Source: Eledone cirrhosa (lineage: Eukaryota). From it: a stretch of 64,000 bases of DNA. A program made the translations under genes and the position numbers. Under the pieces are notes generated by a model. It saw only the letters and a list, made by a program, of their open reading frames with translations. It did no database searches and had not been told where the DNA came from. Numbering within the stretch: position 1 is the first letter of the stretch; every line of letters starts with the position of its first letter. Where the stretch lies: assembly GCA_964016885.1 (NCBI GenBank), contig OZ024741.1:385268001-385332000 (forward strand), written 5' to 3'. Of the stretch, positions 1 to 15,883 are shown one piece after another.

Positions 1-673
1 AATTCAAAGGCCGAGTTTTCGGCGAGGCCACTGCTTTAACTAATATACATTTTTAATTAACTTCTCGACAGAATACAAACCATATGGATGTTTTAGTATA
101 AACTAAGATGTTTAGGGTTTGATTAGATAAACTACAATTACAGTAATCTGATGTCAAAAGACACTGGATGTAAAGGCTTGACAACTGATTATAAATATGC
201 TAAACACATCATTAGATTGTTACATCATTAGATTGTTATATTTATTTACACGTGTTTATTTACCTGAATGTGTCATAAAACGCAGAGATTAACGAACACA
301 CTTATGAGTGAGTGCGCATACATACATACATACATCTAATAACTGCATATACACATGCACACATACAACTCAAAACATACATCCACATCTACACATGCAT
401 GCATACATACATATCTACCTAGTTGATGTGTAAATTCCATGAGAGAGTCTTGTCTATGTTAGAAACCGACTACCTACCTACCTACATACATACATACATA
501 CATACATACATACCGCTGGTTAGTTGCTGTGCCAGTCTTATCCTATAGAATATTATAATAGCCCGTTCTGGTAGTTTACATTGAAATATTTACTCCAAAG
601 AAAACGATAACAATACGGTTTGCTCAAAAGTTTAAATAATAATATCGTATTTTTCATACTATGCAACACTCAC

Positions 674-787
674 AAACTCATATGGAATCTGATTTAATTC
701 CCTAAGCCTTAATTCTATAAGGAAATGCAGAATCAAATCAGGCGATGCTGTCCCGGTATGAAACAAGGCAAGACTGCTCGTTTCCGA
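674..787 (-). CDS. Candidate exon 3 of an unidentified minus-strand host gene (SETSSLALF...QIPYEF)
   Basis: Acceptor atatccttttcAG, 114 nt open in phase 0, donor TTT|GTGAGT; phase-compatible with exons at 4531-4761 and 5164-5220. No homolog recognised. Confidence 0.45.
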
Positions 788-828
788 CTGAAAAGGATAT
801 ATAGTATTTTGAGAGTCCATCCATGTAA

Positions 829-873
<45 letters not shown>

Positions 874-1040
874 AAGGCTTGCTGAACACACAAGCTGAAA
901 CCGCCTGACACCGTGGTCGAGATTTACACATCTATATGCATATATATATGCGCATATATATGTATACATATATATATGCATACATATATATATGCATATA
1001 TATATACATATATGTGCATATTAATATACACATATACATA

Positions 1041-1144
<104 letters not shown>

Positions 1145-1237
1145 TATATATACATATATATATGCATATATACACGCATATATATATATATACACACATA
1201 TAAATATGCATATTCATACATATATATATATAGTGAA

Positions 1238-1495
1238 GGCGCATGGCTTAGTGGTTAGAGCAATAGACTTGCAATCGAAAGGTTGCGAGTTCAATTCTCG
1301 GACCGGGTGATGTGTTGTTTCCTTGAGCAAGGTATTTTATTTCAGTTTACCCAGCTGAAAATGAGTACCAGCAATAGCTGGAGGTTTAACCCTGCGATGG
1401 ACTGGCGTCCTGTCCAGAGGGGAATCTTGTACTCTCAGTCGCTTCACGCCATGAAACCGGGATAAGCACCGGCCAAATGAGCCTTCTTGCTGAAG
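1238..1495 (+). mobile_element. tRNA-derived SINE with a Meta/V-domain-like central region
   Basis: A box TGGCTTAGTGG, B box GAGTTCAATTC, then ccctgcgatggactggcgtcctgtccag...gtcgcttcacgcc...gaaaccggg; sits between (TA)n tracts. Confidence 0.75.
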
Positions 1496-1564
1496 AAAAA
1501 AAGAAGATATATATATATATCTTCTTTTATATACATATATATATCTTCTTTTATACATATATAT

Positions 1565-2085
1565 CGTGGACGATGATGACATCGTCTTTAATTTAGTTCC
1601 CGTAGTGGGAAGGGCCAGTGACGGTCCCACTCACTCGGCCGCAGAAGCCAGAATCCGGTGGTACGGAGGACCGTCACGGCCAGGGACTTCCTTGGCTGCA
1701 GTGGATGGCCACGACGTCTGTAGTGCCTTGCCCTGCCCTAGCACTCCACACCGCTTGCTGTCGCCGCCTTCGTGATCGTTAGGACGATGTTGTCCTCCTC
1801 CACTCACTCCGCCGGGTCCAGTCTTCGCATGCAGGGGCAGGCATCCCCTATCTAATCACCGGGGGGTTTCAGACCCGTCCGGCTACCCTCAACCTGGTTC
1901 GGCCCGCCAGCCAAGGCGGTTTACCAGGCTGTGGCCGCTGTCGCATGCTACAGCTTCTTGGGACCACAGCTGAGAGCTGAGTGTCAGATGGGACCCAATG
2001 CAGGACGAGTTGTCCTGAGAAGGGCATGGCTAGCCCTCCCCCCCCCCCTACAGAGGTACATGCCCCTCCTTGACACCCCAGGCAT
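1565..2085 (-). mobile_element. GC-rich 5' UTR-like fragment of an RTE-clade LINE
   Basis: GC-rich island flanked by TA/CA repeats; minus strand ctcagctctc..tgtgg..caag..agctgtagcatgcgacagcggccaca..gagggtagcc resembles RTE 5' regions as I recall them; no ORF. Confidence 0.5.
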
Positions 2086-2148
2086 ATACACACGTATATA
2101 CATACACATACATATGTACATGTACATGTGTATATACATATTTACACA

Positions 2149-2289
2149 TTTTTGGATGGCCGTTGACTCTTATCAGTTCTTCCGCCCTTTGTCAGGTTTT
2201 GTTTTTTGTCCAGCAGGGTGTCCAAAATCACCCTCCTCACCAAGTAAACTTGGTGGGGTTGCTGGTTTAGTCGCCGACGACCCGACGAT

Positions 2290-2290
<1 letters not shown>
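2149..2290 (-). mobile_element. 5' fragment of repeat family C (RTE 5' UTR-like)
   Basis: Homologous to 7928-8070, 9095-9235 and 18455-18595 (gtcgg..gcgactaaac..ccaccaag..cttggtgaggagggtga). Confidence 0.7.
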
Positions 2291-3226
<936 letters not shown>

Positions 3227-3412
3227 GAAAGAAATTGCTCCTATTTTTATTGGGATATTCTTATTATTTTTTGTGAATGTATGTGTATTGTATGTGTATA
3301 TATATTTATATATATATACATATATGTGTATAACTTTATAACTCCATATATAAATAGTTGAGCTCTTTTTCTTGTCCATTATCCATATAAGAAAAGAGAG
3401 ATTAATTTATTA

Positions 3413-3450
<38 letters not shown>

Positions 3451-4359
3451 TCAATTTGTGCTTCATTAGCTTTAACTTTGACAAACATTTCTGTTCAGAC
3501 GGTGGCGATCTTGCTAAAGTATAGGGTCATCCATATGTTTAAAAGTTACCAAAAGCGTTAGGAAGGAAGGTTTATTCGAAAGCATTTCACATCAAATAAA
3601 AATGGTATCATCTTCACTTCATTGTTTATAGGGTGGCATTAGGAAACGCGTGCAAAACACCTGCTCCAATGCAAATGTAAGAATTACGAAATCATACTAA
3701 GATAGAAGGAAAAAATTGACGAAAATATATGCATATATATGTCTGTGTATGTATATGTCGATAAGTATTCACACATGTATGACTATATATGTATGTGTGT
3801 GTGTGTGTGTAATATACGTGGATAGACATATATATGTGTGTGTGTGTGTCTACTGGATTTTCACTTATGAGGACGAGGGTCCACTTAAGTTAAATCTGAT
3901 GGACGATCATCCCCAACCCAAATAAATGAATTGCCGACGAAGGACATATATGTATGTGTGTGTGTATGCGAGCGCTTACAACTACATACGTGTGTATATA
4001 CTAGTACATCCATTTAAGTTTAGTTATTTAAATATAGATTATGTGTATATGAATGTAAGTATCTATATATATCCCTGGTCCTAACTGATTTAATGGATCA
4101 TTATTACATTTTCAAAAGGAAGCTAGGTATGAATTTAATGGTCAACAGAAATATAATCGGGTAAATTTCCCCACTTATGATTTAATATCCGATCAATCCC
4201 TGAACGTATTACATAAAGGAATGTGTTTATAAATGTATACAAGCGTATTTATTTATACATGAATAAATAGCTACATATACATAAATCTATCTTAATATAC
4301 GTCTACACGTATTTCTAAATGAATGTATACATACACATACATGTGCACATACACACACG

Positions 4360-4433
<74 letters not shown>

Positions 4434-4530
4434 CTCATTCATATATATGTACTATGTACATATTTTGTAAATACAGATATATAAACACACATATACACAC
4501 TCACACGTGTATATATCTGTATACACTCAC

Positions 4531-4761
4531 ACCACATCTTTTGTAATTAAAAGCCCGTCCCATCATTGATCTCGTACTGGCTGCGTACGCGAACTCTGAT
4601 TGAAAATTTAAATGTACACATAGATCAGATTTGAGTAACTTCGTCTTGTAGACTTCTTCAAAATAATCTGTACCGAACTTAGAATAGAACAACAGTGTTT
4701 GTCTACCAAATATAATGTAGTGATGAAAACGCTCCCTTGGTCTCCATGCAACATATACACG
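4531..4761 (-). CDS. Candidate exon 2 of the minus-strand host gene (RVYVAW...FNYKRCG)
   Basis: Acceptor ttcttcgttTAG, 231 nt open in phase 0, donor GGT|GTGAGT; unique, non-repetitive sequence. Could be partly 5' UTR with a start at MMGRAF. Confidence 0.5.
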
Positions 4762-5163
4762 CTAAACGAAGAACTAGTCACAAAGCAAGGGGGTTGCATT
4801 AAACCCTACCACTGCAAAATAGCTATTTCAGACAGATTGTTAGAAAATGAAGGGGGATCGATTTATAATATTTTAATTAAAAATAATAAAGCCAGATTTT
4901 GAGGCCAACTGATGTGTAGAAATTAACGTGAAGCCGATCTCTTTAACGCACGCACACACTAATACACACACAGATACATAACATTGAAGTGGTAGCAGTA
5001 GCATGCCATTCGAGAGAAGAACGAGAGACGGAATTTCCTAATTTTCTATCCGTAATAACGCCATCAGGTCGATCCTATCACGGAAACCGAAGTGTTATAC
5101 ATGTTGAGAAAGGAATCAGCAGCCATTTGAGGCTTTAATTGCGAAACTTAACTCGTAACTTAC

Positions 5164-5220
5164 CTTGAAAACATCAAAAACATACTGGATGAGGGTAAAA
5201 CCATAACACCTGACGGCCAT
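5164..5220 (-). CDS. Candidate first exon (MAVRCYGFTLIQYVFDVFK)
   Basis: aacATGgcc start context, 57 nt open, consensus donor AAG|GTAAGT, just downstream of two CCAAT boxes. Confidence 0.5.
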
Positions 5221-5224
5221 GTTC

Positions 5225-5300
5225 TTTACTGCTGGCAAAGTCGGACATTTTGATTGGAGGAAATCTCAAAATTTTCACCAATCAGAGACGTTGACATATA
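5225..5300. promoter_or_regulatory. Putative promoter with two oppositely oriented CCAAT (NF-Y) boxes
   Basis: gATTGG at 5253-5257 and CCAATcag at 5278-5282, in a locally CpG-retaining unique region (~4900-5350). Confidence 0.5.
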
Positions 5301-6686
5301 ATGGTAGTAATGGAAGATAAGACAACTCGAACTTGGGAAGACCTCCCCTCCCCAGCTATAAAAGTAATACATAATTTTTGTACTTTGGCTCTATAATAAA
5401 AAATATGTTTTTTAAGATCTATTTATTGATGGAAAAGATTTTTAAAATATAATTATTATTTAAGGATTTTAAATGAAAGTGAGCTTTATTAAATTAACAT
5501 TTTAGAATCATGCAGAACAATTTTCAAATAAGATGAAGTATTTTCTTTTCTTTCTTTTTTTTTTCTTTATAAGAGTAACTATACACACAACTTTAATTAA
5601 ATTTATGATATATTAAAATATTTTTTTTTAATCATATGGCTGAAATTATTGATTATATATTGCAACTATATTAGATCAATTACAAATATTAAAAAGTTGG
5701 ATTGAAATAAGACCTTTCTTATCATTTAGTTTGAAAAGGAGAGACATTGTGCTTATTCTTCAGACTAAATAATAAAACCAATAAGAGAACAGTAATAACT
5801 GAATTAAGTCCATCCAATAGTACTGGATTGAGGGGATGGGAGTTAATTGGGTTGTAACCAGAGATCCACTGTATCTAAAGGGCCCCCCTTTTTTCTTATT
5901 TTTTTTTCTTAATATAAGGGTTCTGATTAAATTTTCAGCCAAGGATCCCATACAAGCTTAATCTACCCCTGTATCCACACACACAAAAAGGTAGTTTCAG
6001 AAAGCTCAGATCCTGGAAGTGAAATGATAGATCAACTGCTTATCTCATTTGTTACCATATTTCTAATGAAAGACACTGCCTATAATTTTGAAATCATTTT
6101 GAAAAATAATCAAGAATTTCAAGGGATTTAGTAATATAACTAATTTTTTCATTATTAAGCTGGTGTTTGGTACACAATTTAACAAATGTTCTTACATAAA
6201 ATTAAGAAGGAAAGTTTTATAAACACTTTAAAATTAAACAGTTTTATATAATAGAAGCAGGCAGCTTCATGTGGTTTGGTATCAAAACGGTTAATACAAA
6301 AATTAATGGTTGGGTTGACAGGAGAAGAGAATTCTGTTTAGATAGGGAAGCATGTAGTCAACAAGATGATCAGGATCTGTTGTGGTAGCAGGAAACAAAA
6401 GAGGAAAGACGCACTTCAAATGTCAGCAATTGAAACCGTTTTTGTGTGAGGAAAGAAAAGTTTGACAAAGAGTTGGATGGACTTTTTTCAAAATACGGTC
6501 CAGAATGTTTGCTTAGAAGAGATGGAGAAACAACAGAACCAATTGAGAAAGAAAAAGTTGAGTAAAAAAAAGGTAAAGGAGCACTGTCCTGATACACAGC
6601 ATATCTAGGGGGTTTTTTTGCTTGGTTGGAACCATCTCTCTCCAAGAAGAACACAACCATTTTTTTCCAGAGAGAAATATATATAT

Positions 6687-6884
6687 ATTTAATTAGAAAG
6701 TGAACACAAAATATAACTACTCCATTACCAAAGGTTTCTGGATCCCAGACAATATTAATATACATCTGGATCGGTCATCAGACATAGATGTTACCGATCC
6801 AGACGTATATTAATATTGTCTGGGATCCAGAAACCTTTGGTAATGGAGTAGTTATATTTTGTGCTGTTCACATTCTAATTAAAT
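6687..6884. repeat. Near-perfect fold-back hairpin, ~90-bp arms
   Basis: caaaatataactactccattaccaaaggtttctggatcccagacaatattaatatac is mirrored after a very short loop around 6780-6786. Confidence 0.9.
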
Positions 6885-6943
6885 AGCTCTGTTCTATACA
6901 TAGAGTACTCTTTTTTCCTTTGCTTTTCCTTCGGAATTACCTA

Positions 6944-6976
<33 letters not shown>

Positions 6977-7518
6977 CTAATAATATTATTTATACTTATA
7001 TACGAGTTATATATAATTATAAATATGAAAGGGTAGTATTATGCACTACTCGATTATCAGTAAGAGAAATAGCTCAATGTAAAATATCAGATGTATTACA
7101 GAGCAGAGATACAAAATATAAATCAATCAAATTTATGCTTAATACATTTAATTGCTGACGATCGTTTCTTCCAGATAACTGTCTGGATTCATTGGAGTTT
7201 ACACAATGTTTAAACAAGTAATTACATTCCTAGTCTGTAGAACACTCATTAAGATACAATATTATGAACAGTGTCAGTGACATCATATTGAAAATCAAGA
7301 GTGACAAAATAATATTATAGTAAACAAATAGCAAAATATTGGGAGCTGTTGTGAAGAGGTTATTACATAAAGTCATAATAGTGAGCATTATATATATATA
7401 TATATAATGAGTTCAAATCCCGCCGAGGTTGACTTTGCCTTTCATCCTTACGGGGTCGATAAAATAAAGTACCAGTAATGCACTGGATAATTGCTGGCCT
7501 TGTGCCTAAAGTAGAAAC

Positions 7519-9648
<2,130 letters not shown>

Positions 9649-9654
9649 ATATAT

Positions 9655-9724
<70 letters not shown>

Positions 9725-9809
9725 CCAATACTTATTACTAATTTTTACTTATTCTTAATTAAACTATTTTTCACTGGGAACAATTTGTCACCATTTTCTT
9801 TTCCTTTTA

Positions 9810-9845
<36 letters not shown>

Positions 9846-9970
9846 TAAATCTACCAAAAGTTTACGATAGTGTCCAATCCGTATGAAGAACTCAACGTAA
9901 TCCGGATATCATGAAAAGAAGAGATGCATTCAAAAATCACTTTCGGTGAAAGATAAACGGAATACAGAGT

Positions 9971-10316
9971 CAATTTCAAAGATGGACAACGTTTTATAGT
10001 AAAACACAATTTCACATGTGCATCGGAAAATTTAATATATGTATTAACTTGTTCAGGTTGTCGAGAACAATACATAGGCCAGACCAAAAACAGCCTCCGC
10101 CAACGCATGACTGTCCATAGATCCCAAATTAAAATACGGGAATACAGGAAAATACCACTGAGTGAACACATTGATACCTGTGCCGCCCAAAATCATCCCA
10201 ACTTCAGAATCTTTCCCCTCTACAAATTTAAAGATAATGCCACCCACACCCAGCGCATCAGCAAGGAATCTTACTTCATTAACAAATACGGACCCCGTCT
10301 AAACACTTCTCCCTAA
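9971..10316 (+). mobile_element. 5'-truncated PLE, GIY-YIG endonuclease C-terminus (possibly Neptune-like)
   Basis: Translates NFKDGQRFIVKHNFTCASENLIYVLTCSGCREQYIGQTKNSLRQRMTVH...KESYFINKYGPRLN*. Confidence 0.85.
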
Positions 10317-10922
10317 GACGAACCCACAACATACACACGTCAACATACATACCTACATCAGCACACATCTCTACCCACATATAAACACAATGACACACGT
10401 AAACACACATGCTCTATGGTGCAATACAAAAAAATATATGTGCATATATATGTATGTATATATGTATATATATATATATATATATGTAGTGAAAATATAT
10501 ATGTGTGTGTGTGTGTGTATATATATATATAGTGAATATCATTTCACACCTTTTATTGTTAAGATTGTTGATGTTCTATTAAAAGAACCGATTTTACTGA
10601 AAAAATCGAATAATGTACACCATTTTACCAGGGGGAAAAAAATACTGGTCCACCCACACACGCACACACACACACACACACATATATACACAAACACATA
10701 CACACGCGTACATCAACATACAAAGAGACTTATACACACACACACACACACACACGCACTTCTCCGTATAAGACAAAAGCTGAAAAATATCTTTTGACCT
10801 TCGAATGACTCTGCTGTGTGTATGTACGCACACACACACACACACACACACTTATCTTAATAGCCATTTGACACACATCGCTGGTGGCTATTGTCGCAGC
10901 ATCGAACACCTTACTACTACTA

Positions 10923-10990
<68 letters not shown>

Positions 10991-11467
10991 TTGTTGTGAA
11001 AGAGTCATTTCTCAATCTTGGCGCAAAACCAATTTTTTATCCACATGACCTCTACCGACCAATCAAAATTGTTTTGACCAATAATTTTTGCTGGAGCCAC
11101 TTTTCTAACATTTTAACATAAAAACAGTCTTGGCGCAAAATCAACTTTTTACATTCACATGACCTCTACCGACCAATCAAAATTGTTTTGACCACAAGCA
11201 TTTTTGCAACACAAAAATAACGCTGGAGCCATTTTTTTAACATAAAAACAGGTAGAATTCCCAAAACTAATCAGATCAGAGCAAACAGCACGGACACTCT
11301 ATCTCAAACTTATTTTTGAAAAGCATTTAGAAATGCGCAACCGGTAAAAACTTAAAAACTTAAAACCACAACTGAATACTAACCCATACAATCACTAATA
11401 CTCTTTTATTCCTAATTAAACCATTTTTCAACTGTGAACAATTTGTCAGCATTTTCTATTCCGTTTA

Positions 11468-12015
<548 letters not shown>

Positions 12016-12031
12016 TAGATCATCTCTATTT

Positions 12032-12106
12032 ATCTTATTATACATATTTCGAAGATGCACGGCTTATGTATAACATAATCCAAAATATGTTCTCGTCAGA
12101 CAAAAT
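12032..12106 (-). ncRNA. Type I hammerhead ribozyme candidate (PLE-associated)
   Basis: attttgt-CUGACGA-gaa..ttc-GAAA-tatgta-UA-ataagat; stem I 7 bp with wobbles, extended stem II, minimal stem III. Confidence 0.6.
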
Positions 12107-12211
12107 GCATAGGAGATGCACGATTCTTTTGATATACTGGCGGTCAAACAAGCTGGACAGATTGGTGACAACCAAGCATAAATAAAGTACCTGTCCACTG
12201 CTGAGATCGAT

Positions 12212-12243
<32 letters not shown>

Positions 12244-12284
12244 AGAGAGATAGATATATAGATAGATAGATAGATAGATAGATA

Positions 12285-13225
12285 GATTTCTTTATTTGCC
12301 ACAAGGGCGCACAAGAAAAGGGGACAATACAAAGACACATACCGGGGATTTTACATACAGTCATGTAAAAAAAAAATATATATATATATTATATAAAACA
12401 AACAAACAATTACAACAATCGAAATCCCCAATAGCGGGGAGACGCCACAAATGGGTTGTTTAATACGCCATCGATAGAACAACCCTCAACTTCAGGAGCG
12501 TGTTGTGCAAGTGGTCCCTTCTTCCTTTTGCTCTCTTCTTTAACCTACAGGCTTATAAACAGAGAAGGCCCAATCACTCGGGCCATTTTCGCTTCATTCA
12601 CCCACCTTTTAGTAAATTTACTGGGGTGCAGTGCTTCTCTCTCCACTCTGATTCTCCTTCTAAAGTGATACTTAAAGAAGGGAATCAATTGTTGTCCGGA
12701 GAGAAAGGCATCTGTCCTCAGTCCTCTCAATCTTGTCCACCATATAACCTCTTTCACCATAGCCACTGTACAGAGGAAAACCGCCTCTCTTTCATTTTTG
12801 AAAGAGGCTGGCGGTTTGATCCTTACTATGGAGTCGGCAGTCAACTGGATTTGTCCCATATGCGACAGCAGTTGTTCTGCATAGTTCCACAGGTCGCTTA
12901 CGCCTGTGCAAGATGGTTTCAATGTCCTGATCGCATCTTGGACATGTCCTCTTGGAAGGATCCCTGCCGGGGCGCCTGTACCTGTAGATCTTATCTCGAA
13001 CGGGTAGAGCTCCTCGGTAGCACTGCCAGGCCAGGGACTTCTGGAAGTTGTCCATAGGTCCCGGGCGGAAAGTCCTACTGAACAGACTGGTGAGCTCATC
13101 GTCTTCGACGCCTAGAGTCTCCCCGAGCACGTCGTCGCACTTGTAAAGTACTAACCCTCTATAGAATGTCAAAGTGGAGTCTCCACTGACTGCTGTGCCC
13201 GCTTGCCAGGGGACTGTGAGTGCCT
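12285..13225 (-). mobile_element. 3' fragment of an L1/Tx1-type LINE (zf-RVT region, frameshifted)
   Basis: WQCYRGALPVRDK...CPRC..DIETILH; 3' end cccttgtggcaaataaagaaa; (GATA)n on both sides; paralogs at 49791 and 52281. Confidence 0.8.
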
Positions 13226-13257
13226 AGATAGATAGATAGATAGATCTCTCTCTATAA

Positions 13258-13299
<42 letters not shown>

Positions 13300-13503
13300 T
13301 CGATCTCAGCAGTGCACAGGTACTTTATTTATTGACTTCAAAAGGATGTATATATATACTATGACAAATGCCTGAATGCTACACTGTTTTAAGCTAACTT
13401 CATATAGTAGCTCTTCTCTTCAAAACTAAACTACGTGCTAGTTTTGAATGAGGCACATAATGTTTATGATGCAATCTTTATAAAGTATTGTGTATGATGC
13501 ATT

Positions 13504-13772
13504 TTAACCCTTTCATTACTATATTTTTGAGAGGAAATACACTGCAAATGTTTTTCGATTAATTTTGAAATTATTCAAAATTTCAGAGAAATTTAGTAAA
13601 ACAACTAACTTTTTTTTTATTAATAAGTTGATGTTTGGAATGTTACTTAGTAGAAAGTTCTTACATAAAATTATAATGGAAATTATATTTGAATGTAAAC
13701 ACTATAGAATGGGTGGTTTTATTTCATAGAACCTGGGGTGGTTATTATGTGGGTTGGTATCAAAAAGGTTGA
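13504..13772. mobile_element. piggyBac-type MITE (TTAA-CCCTTT termini); related copies ~6047-6295, 40397-40595, 45249-47076 (tandem partials), 47073-47321, 47989-48260
   Basis: ttaacccttt...aaagggttaa-like ends with shared internal taataagttgatgtttggaa / ttccaaacaccagcttaataa. Confidence 0.65.
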
Positions 13773-15326
13773 GTTTGTGCTATTTATGAATAATAATTGC
13801 TTCGGGTTAAGTATCTGAGTTTTGGTGCTGCAGAATGAAACTTGGCTGCTAAGTGTTTTAAAGCTCATGAGGGATATGGATATCTGCCAAGAGGTGTTGA
13901 AGTTGTATGGATGAGGCTCCTGAGTACAGGAGAATAAGAAGTATTACATATGAGTGCTTGCAATTAAAGGAGATAATGTTTAGGTTAGTAATGTGGTGAG
14001 TGAAGAGCATGTGAGGAATAAGATTCAAGTTAAATAGGTATAGAAAAGAGCTCTGTGAAAACAAGCTGTCTCTTCTTTCCAGTTTTTCTACTGCTACTAC
14101 AGTAGCATCTGCTCCTTGGAGATAGTCGGTGTCATAACACTTCCGGTCAGGCACTTCTTACTTGCTTGTCTTTCTCCCTCTCATCATCCATATTGCACCA
14201 CCACCCTTCCATTATACCCAGGCTTGCTTTTCCAAAATGTCAATCCTCTACAACTCTTTCCTTGCTCATATTTTTCCTGCTGTCATCGACTTGAAACTGT
14301 TCTAAAGGAACATTAACTACACCAATCTCCTTTCCATCAGACCAAACCAATAAAGAAAAAGTCAGGTAATTAATGGTTTCTTATTTAGGCACAAGGCCAA
14401 CAATTTTGAAGGAGGGGAAAGTTGATTAAACTGACCCCAGTGCATTACTGGTACTTTATTTTATCAACCCCCTTAAGGATAAAAGGTAAAGCTAACCTCT
14501 GCGGGATTTGAACTAAGAACATAAAGGGCCATAACTCTATGTTGCAAAGCATGTTATCCAATGCTCTATCGGTACAGCTAATCAGTTGCCCTCAGTCAGG
14601 TAACTAATAATTGATAAAAACGGTATGCAGGTTGTTTTACCAAAGTTTCTATAACAGGGTATTATCAAAGGTATTCCATGTGTCAAAATCAATAATTTGG
14701 CTTTCAGTGAAATTTCCAAAGATAAGAGATCATTTCATTAATGTATTAGCATATGTCAGAGAGTGTCTGACTTTACAGAAAACTCATGTGAATCTTTACA
14801 GTAAGATTCGTATGATAGAATTTGCTTAATTATTTTCATTTCTTATATTTAAATCTTTCATTCAACGTACAAGATAAAAACCTGTAAATAATCCATGAAA
14901 TGAGAAGAAAAGGTAGAATTAATGAGAAGTTTAATTATTGTGGTATCATCTTTTTATTCTTTTATGGGTTTCAGTCTCTTTAGACTGTGGCCATGCTGGG
15001 GCACCACCTTCAAGGGGTATCAGTTGATCACATATTTTCAAGTCTGGTACTTCTTTTACTGATCTCTGTTTATAAGACTGCTAGGTTATGCCACATAAAC
15101 AAGCAGTAAACATAAACATGTTTATATATATATATATAATATTAAGGATACTATTTATAGTTATGTATATTTTAAACCATAAACAGGGAAGGTCAGTAAT
15201 TTATTACTACCTTATTACCAGTAAGATAAATAGCTCAATGTAATAACATCAGTTGTTCTACAGAGCAGTTATATAGAGTTCACAAGAATCAAAGCTATGT
15301 TCAAAGCATTTATTCACTTACAATAT

Positions 15327-15657
15327 ACATGGCTTAGTGGTTAGAGCATTCGCCTTGCAATCAAAAGGTTGTGAGTTCAATTCTCAGACCGGGTGATGTG
15401 TTGTTTCCTTGAGCAAGATACTTTATTTCCCATTGCTCCAGTTTACTCAGCTGTAGAAATGAGATGATAGGGACTGGGGTCCATATCATTCCACTGCAAA
15501 GTGGTCATGGAGGTACCACGGAAAAAAGCACCCAGCACTCACTGTAAATGAGGTTGGTGTTAGGAAGGGCATCTAGCTGTAGAAATCAAGCCAGAATCAG
15601 TTCCCGTCCCACCCTTGCAAGCAGCGAAAAGTGGACGTAAAATGATGATGATGGTGA
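15327..15657 (+). mobile_element. tRNA-derived SINE family B
   Basis: Near-identical to 11639-11962 and retains the internal segment deleted there. Confidence 0.8.
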
Positions 15658-15786
15658 TATATATACATATATATATTGGAAAATGTATGAAATCTTTTGT
15701 AAAATTATAAAATCATAAAATTAAATTGTTTAGAACACCAACTATAAGTGAAGGCATTCTTTTCCTTTTTTCAAATATATATATAC

Positions 15787-15859
<73 letters not shown>

Positions 15860-15883
15860 TAATATAGAGCATCTTAAACAAAA

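Noticed and set aside
1238-1310. tRNA gene
   Set aside because: A/B boxes are present, but there is no proper acceptor stem and it continues into a SINE body.
5301-5396. Plus-strand mini-ORF with F-box-like WEDLPSPAIKVIHNF (bidirectional promoter idea)
   Set aside because: Only ~31 codons, a weak donor, no downstream exon found, and its ATG is just 80 bp from the opposite ATG.
6340-6565. Protein-like purine-rich stretch as an exon
   Set aside because: The plausible frames contain stops; probably an old TE remnant.
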